Positions 35,496 through 47,500 of a DNA stretch of 64,000 nucleotides are shown here, one piece after another (the stretch's first letter is position 1; each line of letters opens with the position of its first letter). The stretch spans positions 26,660,001 through 26,724,000 of the forward strand of contig CATNEN010000038.1 of NCBI GenBank assembly GCA_950097015.1, written 5' to 3'. Position numbers and translations under genes: made by a program. The DNA comes from Macrostomum hystrix (taxonomy: Eukaryota; Animalia; Platyhelminthes). The notes under the pieces were generated by a model. It saw only the letters and a list, made by a program, of their open reading frames with translations, ran no database searches and was not told the origin of the DNA.

Positions 35496-38400
35496 CTATT
35501 CGAAAACGACAACATCAGCCTGTAGCTGTTGTTCCTCGTGATTTGCAACCAGGAGTGGAGCTTCCGTACCCTGTAGATCAGCCAGGCAGACTTCGCCAAA
35601 CGGTGCCAAATCGGCCAACTGGCAAATCACCTCCTCGGATGGATCGATGTGACTGCTCTGGTAGGGAGCTGCGAAAATGGCGCGGATTAGACTGTTTTGA
35701 ATTCTTAGAAACCAAAAAAACTAATCGAAAACCAGCCATCTTTATTCGCTACTCACAGTTCAAAAAGACCCACTTGGAGGAGAGGACCCGCTTCTGCTCC
35801 CTTGGATGACGCAAGAGATCCTGTATTGGCGATAACGATGGAATATGCAAATTGCTCGTAGTTTATTGACTATTCAGTGGCAACTCAGCGACATTCTAAA
35901 TCAATTACTCAGTCAGCTACTCTGTTTATAACTACTCAATCAGCTACTCAATTAGCTACTCTGTTAACTACTCAACCAGCTACTCAATTAGCTACTCTGT
36001 AAACTGCTCAATCAGCTACTCAGCCAGCTACTCTGTTTATAACTACTCAACCAGCTACTCAATTAGCTACTCTGTTAACTACTCAACCAGCTACTCAATT
36101 AGCTACTCTGTAAACTGCTCAATCAGCTACTCAGCCAGCTACTCTGTTTATAACTACTCAATCAGCTACTCAATTAGCTACTCTGTTAACTACTCAACCA
36201 GCTACTCAATTAGCTACTCTGTAAACTGCTCAATCAGCTACTCAGCCAGCTACTCTGTTTATAACTACTCAACCAGCTACTCAATTAGCTACTCTGTTAA
36301 CTACTCAACCAGCTACTCAATTAGCTACTCTGTTAACTACTCAACCAGCTACTCAATTAGCTACTCTGTAAACTGCTCAATCAGCTACTCAGCCAGCTAC
36401 TCTGTTAACTACTCCATCAGCTACTCAATCAGCTACTTGTAACTACTCAATCAGCTACTCAATCAGCTACTTGTAACTACTCAATCAGCTACTCAATCAG
36501 CTACTTGTAACTACTCAATCAGCTACTCGATAAAGAACACAATCAGCTGCCTTATCTAGTTATTACTCAATCACAAAGCGACATTCAATTATAGAATACA
36601 AAGGTCAGTCTGAAAATTTGCAAGACTAACTTCGCGAAGCGAGTCGATGCTGACTCGGGCATCGGCCAGGGTGGCCTCTGAATCGATCAGAATGACTCCG
36701 AGAGCGTCAGCGGCAGTGGCTGAGAAAGAGTTTAGACATGGTGAGCTCACTTGCTTAATAAAATCCCGCGATTATTTAAGCTTATAAAGATCTGTCAGTT
36801 TTGAATGCTTACTGTCATTGCCAGATGCGTCTTTTGCCCCTGCCACGGTGACCAAGATGCTGATGCTCTCGGCGATCATCAGGGATGACGACTGAGGAGA
36901 GCCTGATGAGCTTAGGTGTGTCAGAGTGAGCGGATGGAAGTCACGACGGATCAGAAACGGCCCCTCATCTCTCCCGTGTCTCATCTCTCCCGTGTCTCAT
37001 CTCTCCCGTGTCTCATCTCTCCCGTGTCTCATCTCTCCCGTGTCTCATCTCTCCCGTGTCTCATCTCTCCCGTGTCTCATCTCTCCCGTGTCTCATCTCT
37101 CCCGTGTCTCATCTCTCCCGTGTCTCATCTCTCCCGTGTCTCATCTCTCCCGTGTCTCATCTCTCCCGTGTCTCATCTCTCCCGTGTCTCATCTCTCCCG
37201 TGTCTCATCTCTCCCGTGTCTCATCTCTCCCGTGTCTCATCTCTCCCGTGTCTCATCTCAACCGTGTCTCATCTCTTCCGTGTCTCATCTCAACCGTGTC
37301 TCATCTCTTCCGTGTCTCATCTCAACCGTGTCTCATCTCTCCCGTGTCTCATCTCTCCAGGGGGTCCTCGATAATCAATTGATGACAGTAGACATGCAGC
37401 CAGTGAGGAGGCAAATCTGCGCATTGTCTCATTGTCAGGAAATGTACACTCTCACTGTGCCTTGGAGGTTGGCCCTCAAGGGCGTAAGTTGCACCAAAAA
37501 CCTTATCTTAATGGCTTCGTCCCAAATAAATGTGGACTCACCGCGGAATCATGGTGCGAGAGGCAAACGTGTTAAACCTCTCTGCCACTCACCCCCTGTC
37601 TTAAGTCACTCCAGTCTCAACTAGAACTGTCACCCCGACTCACTCGCCGCTGCTGCGTCTCCGAGGTTTCATGACCAACCGGGCCTGGTTGCGCCAGGCT
37701 ATGCCAATCACCGAGGGCTGCAGGCGCCATGGCTCGCCGTCAATCTGAAATAGAAGAGTAAGTTGTATGTATCTATTTTTAGCAGAGATTTTAGCATCCT
37801 CGCATCACCTGTATGGGTATGACGCGGTTAGTAACTATGCGCGCCCTTCTGCACTGGGAGAGTCTGTGGCCGTGCCAGCCGATTTGCACTGTGGCCTGGT
37901 GGATAAAAGTGCAAATTGTTCACTTTATTACGAAAGTGCTCACGTTCGATTATAAATGCTTGACAAAATATCGTTTATAAAATACATATTAAACATATAT
38001 TATCGATAGGCAATCGACCCGTTATCTAAGTTCTTATCTAAACGCCTATTGATCGCTTATCGACCGTCATATAATAGTTGTTTCGATAGTTTATCAATAT
38101 CTTATTCTATAGCTTATCGATCGGTTATCAATATCTTATTCTATAGCTTATCGATCGTTTTATCAATCTCTCTTGTTCTATAGCTTATCGATCGTTTATC
38201 AATCTCTCTTGTTCTATAGCTTATCGATCGTTTATCAATATCTTATTCTATAGCTTATCGATCGTTTATCAATATCTTATTCTATAGCTTATCGATCGGT
38301 TATCAATATCTTATTCTATAGCTTATCGATCGTTTATCAATATCTTATTCTATAGCTTATCGATCGTTTATCAATATCTTATTCTATAGCTTATCGATCG

Positions 38401-41400
38401 GTTATCAATATCTTATTCTATAGCTTATCGATCGTTTATCAATATCTTATTCTATAGCTTATCGATCGTTTTATCAATCTCTCTTGTTCTATAGCTTATC
38501 GATCGTTTATCAATCTCTCTTGTTCTATAGCTTATCGATCGTTTATCAATATCTTATTCTATAGCTTATCGATCGTTTATCAATTTCTCTTGTTCTATAG
38601 CTTATCGATCGTTTATCAATATCTCTTGTTCTATAGCTTATCGATCGTTTTATCAATATCTTATTCTATAGCTTATCGATCGTTTTATCAATATTTTATT
38701 CTATAGCTTATCGATCGTTTATCAATTTCTCTTGTTCTATAGCTTATCGATCGGTTATCAATCTCTCTTGTTCTATAGCTTATCGATCGGTTATCAATCT
38801 CTCTTATTCTATAGCTTATCGATCGTTTTATCAATATCTTATTCTATAGCTTATCGATCGTTTTATCAATATCTTATTCTATAGCTTATCGATCGTTTAT
38901 CAATATCTTATTCTATAGCTTATCGATCGTTTATCAATTTCTCTTGTTCTATAGCTTATCGATCGTTTATCAATATCTTATTCTATAGCTTATCGATCGT
39001 TTATCAATCTCTCCTTTTCTATAGCTTATCGATCGTTTTATCAATCTCCATTATTCTATAGCTTATCGATCGTTTATCAATATCTTATTCTATAGCTTAT
39101 CGATCGTTTTATCAATATGTTATTCTATAGCTTATCGATCGTTTATCAATATCTTATTCTATAGCTTATCGATCGTTTTATCAATATCTTATTCTATAGC
39201 TTATCGATCGTTTATCAATATCTTATTCTATAGCTTATCGATCGTTTTATCAATCTCCATTATTCTATAGCTTATCGATCGTTTATCAATATCTTATTCT
39301 ATAGCTTATCGATCGTTTTATCAATATCTTATTCTATAGCTTATCGATCGTTTTTCAATATCTTATTCTATAGCTTATCGATCGTTTATCAATCTCTCTT
39401 GTTCTATAGCTTATCGATCGTTTATCAATATCTCTTGTTCTATAGCTTATCGATCGTTTTATCAATCTCCATTATTCTATAGCTTATCGATCGTTTATCA
39501 ATATCTTATTCTATAGCTTATCGATCGTTTATCAATCTCCCTTATTCTATAGCTTATCGATCCTTTATCAATCTCTCTTATTGGAGAAACATACCAGGTG
39601 GCTGGAACAGAATCCGATCACTTCCACCAATCCGTCGTCCCAGCGCTGGGGTTCGAACCCCTGACCGCCTGCCGGATTGCCCCATGGAGCAGTGCCGGCG
39701 CTATACTTGTTGATGTTGAGGAATAGAATTGATGTCAGCTTGAGCTCTCGAACACGCTCTGTGTAGTCCTGACCGTCGCACTGTTGATTTGATTATTAAA
39801 GTCGGCATATAGTCGTAATTAGTAATCTCTTCAAACTAGTCAAACGAGATCAGACAGAGTTAAGCTGTTTACCTCCAGTTGAATTGCCTGAGACAATTCT
39901 CTCCATGGTCGGGTAATGACAGATCTTGAGCCCTCCTAGACAAGTTTTAATTATTGCATAGATTGAATGTAGTTATTAGTACGGTATATTTTTAAAAAAG
40001 ACTATTTCATTGTGGGCATTCAGCCTCATGGTTCTATTTAACTAACCGAATAGCTAGTCTGGTGTACGTGTGTACAGTGTGGTGTGGGCTCGGAACCGCG
40101 CAAGCCAATCAGCACAAAGTGAGATATTTGAGTGTGAATATTTAGTCACGTGCTTGAGGCACTGGTTTTCCAGTTGATCATATCATCCGTGGTTGGCTTT
40201 GCGATAAGATAAGAGACGTGCGTCAGGGTAAGAGAATCAAGCTTAGAGGGTGGGGGACGGACCAATCAGAGGGCTTTTAGGGAGAGAAAGAAAGCAAACG
40301 AATACAAAACAAAAAGATCACGTGAATAAAATAGAGGTTAAGTTACCCACCAAAGTCTAAGTGTACTCTTTTTTAGAATGTGAGGAGACTTAAAGGGCAA
40401 ATGAAATACACAGCATTAATGCCCTTACACCAGCGTAGAACATCATGTTTCTCAGGCGACTATTAAAACGCTCCGGATTGGCTTCTGAAACATTCAAAGG
40501 TGGAAGAAGCAATGCTTTTCTGTGAAATTAAAATATTCAACAATCCACACTCGGTACTTAAAGTAGCCAAGAAGCTTAGAAATTTGTAAAAGGCGATGGA
40601 ACTCCAAACCCCTTCCTTACCTCTGGACTCGTGAAACTCCAGTGCAACGGCGGCATCAGCTCCCAGACTGAAATAGTTGTTGAACACATCCGGGAAGGGC
40701 TGGTCGGTCAGGCGGAAGTCGCTGAGACCGACAGTCAAATCTGACGGCTCAGAATCACCAGCGAGCTGCTGCTGCTGCTCTTGTTGCTGCTGATTCTGCT
40801 GACGTTGTCCAGTTGCTTCCGCCAAGGTTACAATTTGATTCGGTTCAAAAGTGACACTCCATCTGCAAAATAACAACCTTCGCTCGTATATTTTCTTTAC
40901 CAAACTTTTTTAACATAAAATTACATGGGTTTATAAAGTACATAAAGTAATAAAGTACACTTAGCAAAGTACAAAGTCCTATAGAGTACAAAAAATGAAC
41001 TTGCATAAAGTACGCAGTTCTAAAAGTACATAAAAAGAACATACATAAAGCAGTTTACCATATAAAAGTACATAAAAATATACACACAGAAAGCAATACC
41101 TGTCAAGCCGGGTCAGCCGACCGTCTTCCACGCAGCAGAGCACTTTTGTCAGAGGCTCGTCAGCCGCGAAGCCTCCGCCCCAGTTGAGGCTGCGTGCCAG
41201 GTCGTTGCCGGTGCCCAGAGGCAGCACGGCTACTGGAGGCCAGGGCCGCACGCCCAGCCTGTCTATGGCCGAGAGCACCCAGCCGGCCGTGCCGTCGCCG
41301 CCGCAGACAAGCACTCGCAAATTTGGCACCTTGGCGAACAGTTGAAGTGGGAATTCCGGACCGCAGGCGGCCAGGTCGAAGACCTGGCGCGGATTCAGCA

Positions 41401-41474
41401 GCCACAGCAACTTACGGCCGAGTAGTCCACCGAGATTGCCGCCAGATTTTGCGTTTGTCAGCACTAGCAATGGG

Positions 41475-41514
<40 letters not shown>

Positions 41515-44500
41515 TGTCACAGATGTTGGTAGGAGGCTCGATGCTAAATTGGTTTCCACCTCGACGGACCAGCCAGGTTGGCGGAAGAATCAGCGAAGCC
41601 AGTGGGCCAAGGCTGCAGCTCTCAGTTAGCAACCGCTTCTGAAAGCAATTCAGCTTGTTGTGGTAGGCCGATTTGCACCAGCTGCATGCGATGGCCAGCA
41701 CCTCCTTGCCTGCCGTGCTGGACGATTGAAAGGCGGCCAGCTTCTGCTGAAAGGACTGGGCAGGGGGTTGCGAGACGCTTGTGTCACTCATTCTGATCAG
41801 AGAATTGGAATGCAGAAGGGTAGCTAATGGAGGGTAGCTAATGGAGGGTAGCTAATGGAGGGTAGCTAATGGAGGGTAGCTAATGGAGGGAAGCTAATGG
41901 AGGGTAGCTAATGGGGGGAAGCCAATGGAGGGTAGCTAATGGAGGGTAGCTAATGGAGGGTAGCTAATGGAGGGTAGCTAATGGGGGGAAGCCAATGGAG
42001 GGTAGCTAATGGAGGGTAGCTAATGGAGGGTAGCTAATGGCGGGTAGCTAATGGAGGGTAGCTAATGGAGGGAAGCTAATGGAGGGAAGCTAATGGGGGG
42101 AAGCCAATGGAGGGTAGCTAATGGAGGGTAGCTAATGGAGGGTAGCTAATGGGGGGAAGCCAATGGAGGGTAGCTAATGGATGGTAGCTAATGGAGGGTA
42201 GCTAATGGAGGGAAGCCAATGGAGGGTAGCTAATGGAGGGTAGCTAATGGAGGGTAGCTAATGGAGGGTAGCTAATGGAGGGAAGCCAATGGAGGGTAGC
42301 TAATGGAGGGTAGCTAATGGAGGGAAGCTAATGGAGGGAAGCTAATGGGGGGAAGCCAATGGAGGGTAGCTAATGGAGGGTAGCTAATGGAGGGTAGCTA
42401 ATGGAGGAAGGCTAATGGAGGGTGGCTAATGGAGGGTAGCTAATGGAGGGTAGCTAATGGGGGGAAGCCAATGGAGGGTAGCTAATGGAGGGTAGCTAAT
42501 GGAGGGTAGCTAATGGAGGAAGGCTAATGGAGGAAGGCTAATGGAGGGTGGCTAATGGAGGGTAGCTAATGGAGGGTAGCTAATGGAGGGTAGCTAATGG
42601 AGGGTAGCTAATGGAGGGTAGCTAATGGAGGGAAGCCAATGGAGGGTAGCTAATGGAGGGTAGCTAATGGAGGGAAGCTAATGGAGGGAAGCTAATGGAG
42701 GGTAGCTAATGGAGGGAAGCCAATGGAGGGAAGCTAATGGAGGGTAGCTAATGGAGGGAAGCCAATGGAGGGAAGCCAATGGAGGGAAGCCAATGGAGGG
42801 TAGCTAATGGAGGGAAGCCAATGGAGGGAAGCTAATGGAGGGAAGCTAATGGAGGGAAGCTAATGGAGGGTAGCTAATGGAGGGTAGCTAATGGAGGGTA
42901 GCTAATGGAGGGTAGCTAATGGAGGGTAGCTAATGGAGGGAAGCTAATGGAGGGAAGCTAATGGAGGGAAGCTAATGGAGGGTAGCTAATGGGGGGAAGC
43001 CAATGGAGGGTAGCTAATGGAGGGTAGCCAATGGAGGGTAGCTAATGGAGGGTAGCTAATGGAGGGTAGCTAATGGAGGGAAGCCAATGGAGGGTAGCTA
43101 ATGGAGGGTAGCTAATGGAGGGTAGCTAATGGAGGGTAGCTAATGGAGGGAAGCCAATGGAGGGTAGCTAATGGAGGGTAGCTAATGGAGGGAAGCTAAT
43201 GGAGGGAAGCTAATGGGGGGAAGCCAATGGAGGGTAGCTAATGGAGGGTAGCTAATGGAGGGTAGCTAATGGAGGGAAGCCAATGGAGGGAAGCCAATGG
43301 AGGGTAGCTAATGGAGGGTAGCTAATGGAGGGTGGCTAATGGAGGGTAGCTAATGGAGGGAAGCCAATGGAGGGTAGCTAATGGAGGGTAGCTAATGGAG
43401 GGAAGCTAATGGAGGGTAGCTAATGGAGGGTAGCTAATGGAGGGAAGCTAATGGAGGGTAGCTAATGGAGGAAGGCTAATGGAGGGTGGCTAATGGAGGG
43501 TAGCTAATGGAGGGTAGCTAATGGAGGGTAGCTAATGGAGGGTAGCTAATGGAGGGTAGCTAATGGAGGGTAGCTAATGGAGGGAAGCCAATGGAGGGAA
43601 GCCAATGGAGGGTAGCTAATGGAGGGAAGCCAATGGAGGGAAGCTAATGGAGGGAAGCTAATGGAGGGAAGCTAATGGAGGGTAGCTAATGGAGGGAAGC
43701 TAATGGAGGGTAGCTAATGGAGGGTAGCTAATGGAGGGTAGCTAATGGAGGGTAGCTAATGGAGGGAAGCTAATGGAGGGAAGCTAATGGAGGGAAGCTA
43801 ATGGAGGGTAGCTAATGGAGGGTAGCTAATGGAGGGTAGCTAATGGAGGGAAGCCAATGAAGGGAAGCCAATGGAGGGAAGCTAATGGAGGGTAGCTAAT
43901 GGAGGGTAGCTAATGGAGGGTAGCTAATGGAGGGAAGCTAATGGAGGGTAGCTAATGGAGGGAAGCTAATGGAGGGTGGCTAATGGAGGGTAGCTAATGG
44001 AGGGGAGAGGTAGCTAATGGAGGGGAGAGGGTAGCTAATGGAGGGGAGAGGAAGATGGGAGAAAAGTAGGAAGAGGAGTTTTCATAGCAAGGAGGAAAAG
44101 GAGGAAGTGAGTTGCTGCCGGACATTGTTAGTTGCTTTAGTCTGTAACAATTTACTAACATACACTCGGGACCAGCATCGCAAAAGAGAAAGTGAAGTGG
44201 GCCTTCAAATTTCAACAAGGCCAAGTAGCATTGACGGCACTGTATGAGTTTGAGTAGAAAAATTTCCCGATCGAAAGCAGAAAAGCAAGAATGCAAAGTT
44301 AACACGCTCTAGTCAAGTTTGTCCTTGAAATATGAGCCGGATGAAATCATCTTTCTACGCAATGTCCGGTGAGGATGATAAGGATGCCTATTTTCTATAG
44401 AAATAGGAATTCGCTGCTTCGATTAATAAACATAAACTTCATACGAGTCTGCTCATATAGCTTGTCTAGCTCTAACCAGTGTCTATTTTTAGTAACACGA

Positions 44501-47500
44501 TACAAACAGGGCAGTGGCTGACTGGGGAAATTACATCTTAAATCCCAACTCCAAAGGGTGAGTAATCTGACCCGGGTGAAATCCTTCTCTTAGCTACTTT
44601 AGCCTGACCAATGGTTTGCGTTGCAATGCTCATTGCAATGCACTGCACACTGTATGAACATAGAGCATGTACCTGCTGGTGCTGATGAGCACCAGGTCAT
44701 AGAAGCTAGCACGCGAGGTCATAGAAGCTAGCACCCGAGGTCATAGAAGCTAGCACCCCAGGTCATAGAAGCTAGCACCCGAGGTCATAGAAGCTAGCAC
44801 CCCAGGTCATAGAAGCTAGCACCCCAGGTCATAGAAGCTAGCACCCCAGGTCATAGAAGCTAGCACCCCAGGTCATAGAAGCTAGCACCCCAGGTCATAG
44901 AAGCTAGCACTCCAGGTCATAGAAGCTAGCACCCCAGGTCATAGAAGCTAGCACCCCAGGTCATAGAAGCTAGCACCCCAGGTCATAGAAGCTAGCACCC
45001 CAGGTCATAGAAGCTAGCACTCCAGGTCATAGAAGCTAGCACCCCAGGTCATAGAAGCTAGCACCCCAGGTCATAGAAGCTAGCACCCCAGGTCATAGAA
45101 GCTAGCACCCCAGGTCATAGAAGCTAGCACCCCAGGTCATAGAAGCTAGCAAACCAGGTCATAGAAGCTAGCACCCCAGGTCATAGAAGCTAGCAAACCA
45201 GGTCATAGAAATCCCGCTTACCTTTCCACAGCATTTGCACTTTCCGTTAATGCGACGCCTGTGCACCCAATGATGTCGGGTGATGCACTGCTGCTGCTGC
45301 TGCTGATGCTGATGATGATGCTGCTGCTTTTCCTAGATTGATGAAATTTTACAAGGCTTGAACCCAAAGCATCTAATAGAAGTGAAATTTCAAATTTTGA
45401 ATTTTTCCTTTGTATCCATAAGCATATATCAAAATTACGAGTACCTGCCACTAACAATCACTCTCACCTGTACTCACACCTGCCACCAACAGTCACTCTC
45501 ACCTGCCATCAACAGTCACTCTCACCTGTACTCACACCTGCCACCAACAGTCACTCTCACCTGTACTCACACCTGCCATCAACAGTCACTCTCACCTGTA
45601 CTCACACCTGCCATCAACAGTCACTCTCACCTGTACTCACACCTGCCATCAACAGTCACTCTCACCTGTACTCACACCTGCCATCAACAGTCACTCTCAC
45701 CTGTACTCATCCTGCCACCAACAGTCACTCTCACCTGTACACATCCTGCCACCAACAGTCACTCTCACCTGTACACATCCTGCCACCAACAGTCACTCTC
45801 ACCTGTACTCATCCTGCCACCAACAGTCACTCTCACCTGTACACATCCTGCCACCAACAGTCACTCTCACCTGTACTCATCCTGCCACCAACAGTCACTC
45901 TCACCTGTACACATCCTGCCACCAACAGTCACTCTCACCTGTACTCACACCTGCCACCAACAGTCACTCTCACCTGCCATCAACAGTCACTCTCACCTGC
46001 CATCAACAGTCACTCTCACCTGCCATCAACAGTCACTCTCACCTGCCATCAACAGTCACTCTCACCTGTACTCACACCTGCCATCAACAGTCACTCTCAC
46101 CTGTACTCATCCTGCCACCAACAGTCACTCTCACCTGCCATCAACAGTCACTCTCACCTGTACTCACACCTGCCATCAACAGTCACTCTCACCTGTACTC
46201 ATCCTGCCACCAACAGTCACTCTCACCTGTACTCACACCTGCCACCAACAGTCACTCTCATCTGTACTCACACTAACACGAGGGCTTACCTCAGCCCTGG
46301 ACTCCACACCAGACTGATCCGCAGCAGCTTCCCTGAAGGTTGGCTTGCATCGAAACGCCAGCTTTGAAGGTGAATTGAAGAGTTAGGGTTGGCGTTAGGG
46401 TTAGGGTTAGGGTTAGGGTTTGGTTTTAAAATTTTGTATCCGGCAGTTTTTTAAAGCAAAATTTAAATGAAGCGCAATAAAGTGAAGTCTAAAAGCCACT
46501 ACAGATTCTGCTTCTCTTTGGCAATTTTCTAGCTTTGAAGAAAGTCATTAAAATTATATATGTGGTTCGCATTTTGCAATCTAATAATTCTCTCATTGCA
46601 GAGCACATCCTTCGGCAGACCAAAAAATCAAGGACTGAAGACTGAAAGCTGAAAAGGCTTATAATTATTGCATTAGGCTTAAGAGCTGAGGGCTTGCATT
46701 TTGCATGAATCCTGAATTTTCTCTGTGTGTGTGTGTGTTTGTTTTATGTCCGAGGGCTTCAAGAAGGCAACCGGGATGGATTTTCGCGAGAATTTCACGG
46801 CCTTATCTTTATCAATAATGACTTAGAAGTGCGACTGGGTCTAATGCGACTTGGCGATGACCAAATTAGGATTTTTTAATGATCACTACGAGAACGGGCT
46901 GGATTAGAAAGCAGCTTTTAACGAAAGCCGTTAAATAACAATTTAAAACAAAATTTTCTAAGAATCAATAAACGATTTATCCGAATCCTTATTGACGGTT
47001 CAGCTATAAACACAATTTTTCCTTTTCTAAGAAAAAATTATGAAAGTCTTTTTTAACGGAACTCCTTCTAAGATATCGAATCTTATAGTCTTATGAAGGA
47101 ACATTTTTAACATAGCCACTAACATAAAGGTACTGATTGTGACGCAGCGGGTTGTTATAAGGAGTATCTTAAAAACTAAGTTGAACGAATGTAGTTATTT
47201 TAAGAAACAAAGTTTAGTGAATAATTTTTTAACTCTCATTTTTTTATGGAAACTAAATTTAAATGATCTAGTTTTCCTTAGAAACTAAGTTTACTAATGT
47301 AGATTTCCTTAGAAACTAAGTTTAAATAATCTTTTATTTCTTAGAAACTTTAAAGTTTAAACTTTAAACTTTAAACTTTAAAATTAAAAAAAATCTAGTT
47401 TTTAGTTGAAAAATTCATTTTAGCTTACATTTTTTGACTATCGCGCGGCGATTCCGAATGATGTGTACAGCTTTATCAGTCCATGGACAGGGTGAATAAG

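Noticed and set aside
36916-37624. SSLPCLISPVSHLSRV ORFs (also 56794-57197)
   Set aside because: 16-bp satellite, open in all three frames.
44675-44710. CTGATGAG hammerhead-like core (also 36903 and 59466)
   Set aside because: No correctly placed stem II + GAAA. The 36903 site is antisense DGK exon sequence.
45358-46317. 319-aa His/Thr-rich ORF, and (MRGERV)n ORFs at 48963-50085
   Set aside because: Antisense translations of intronic satellites.
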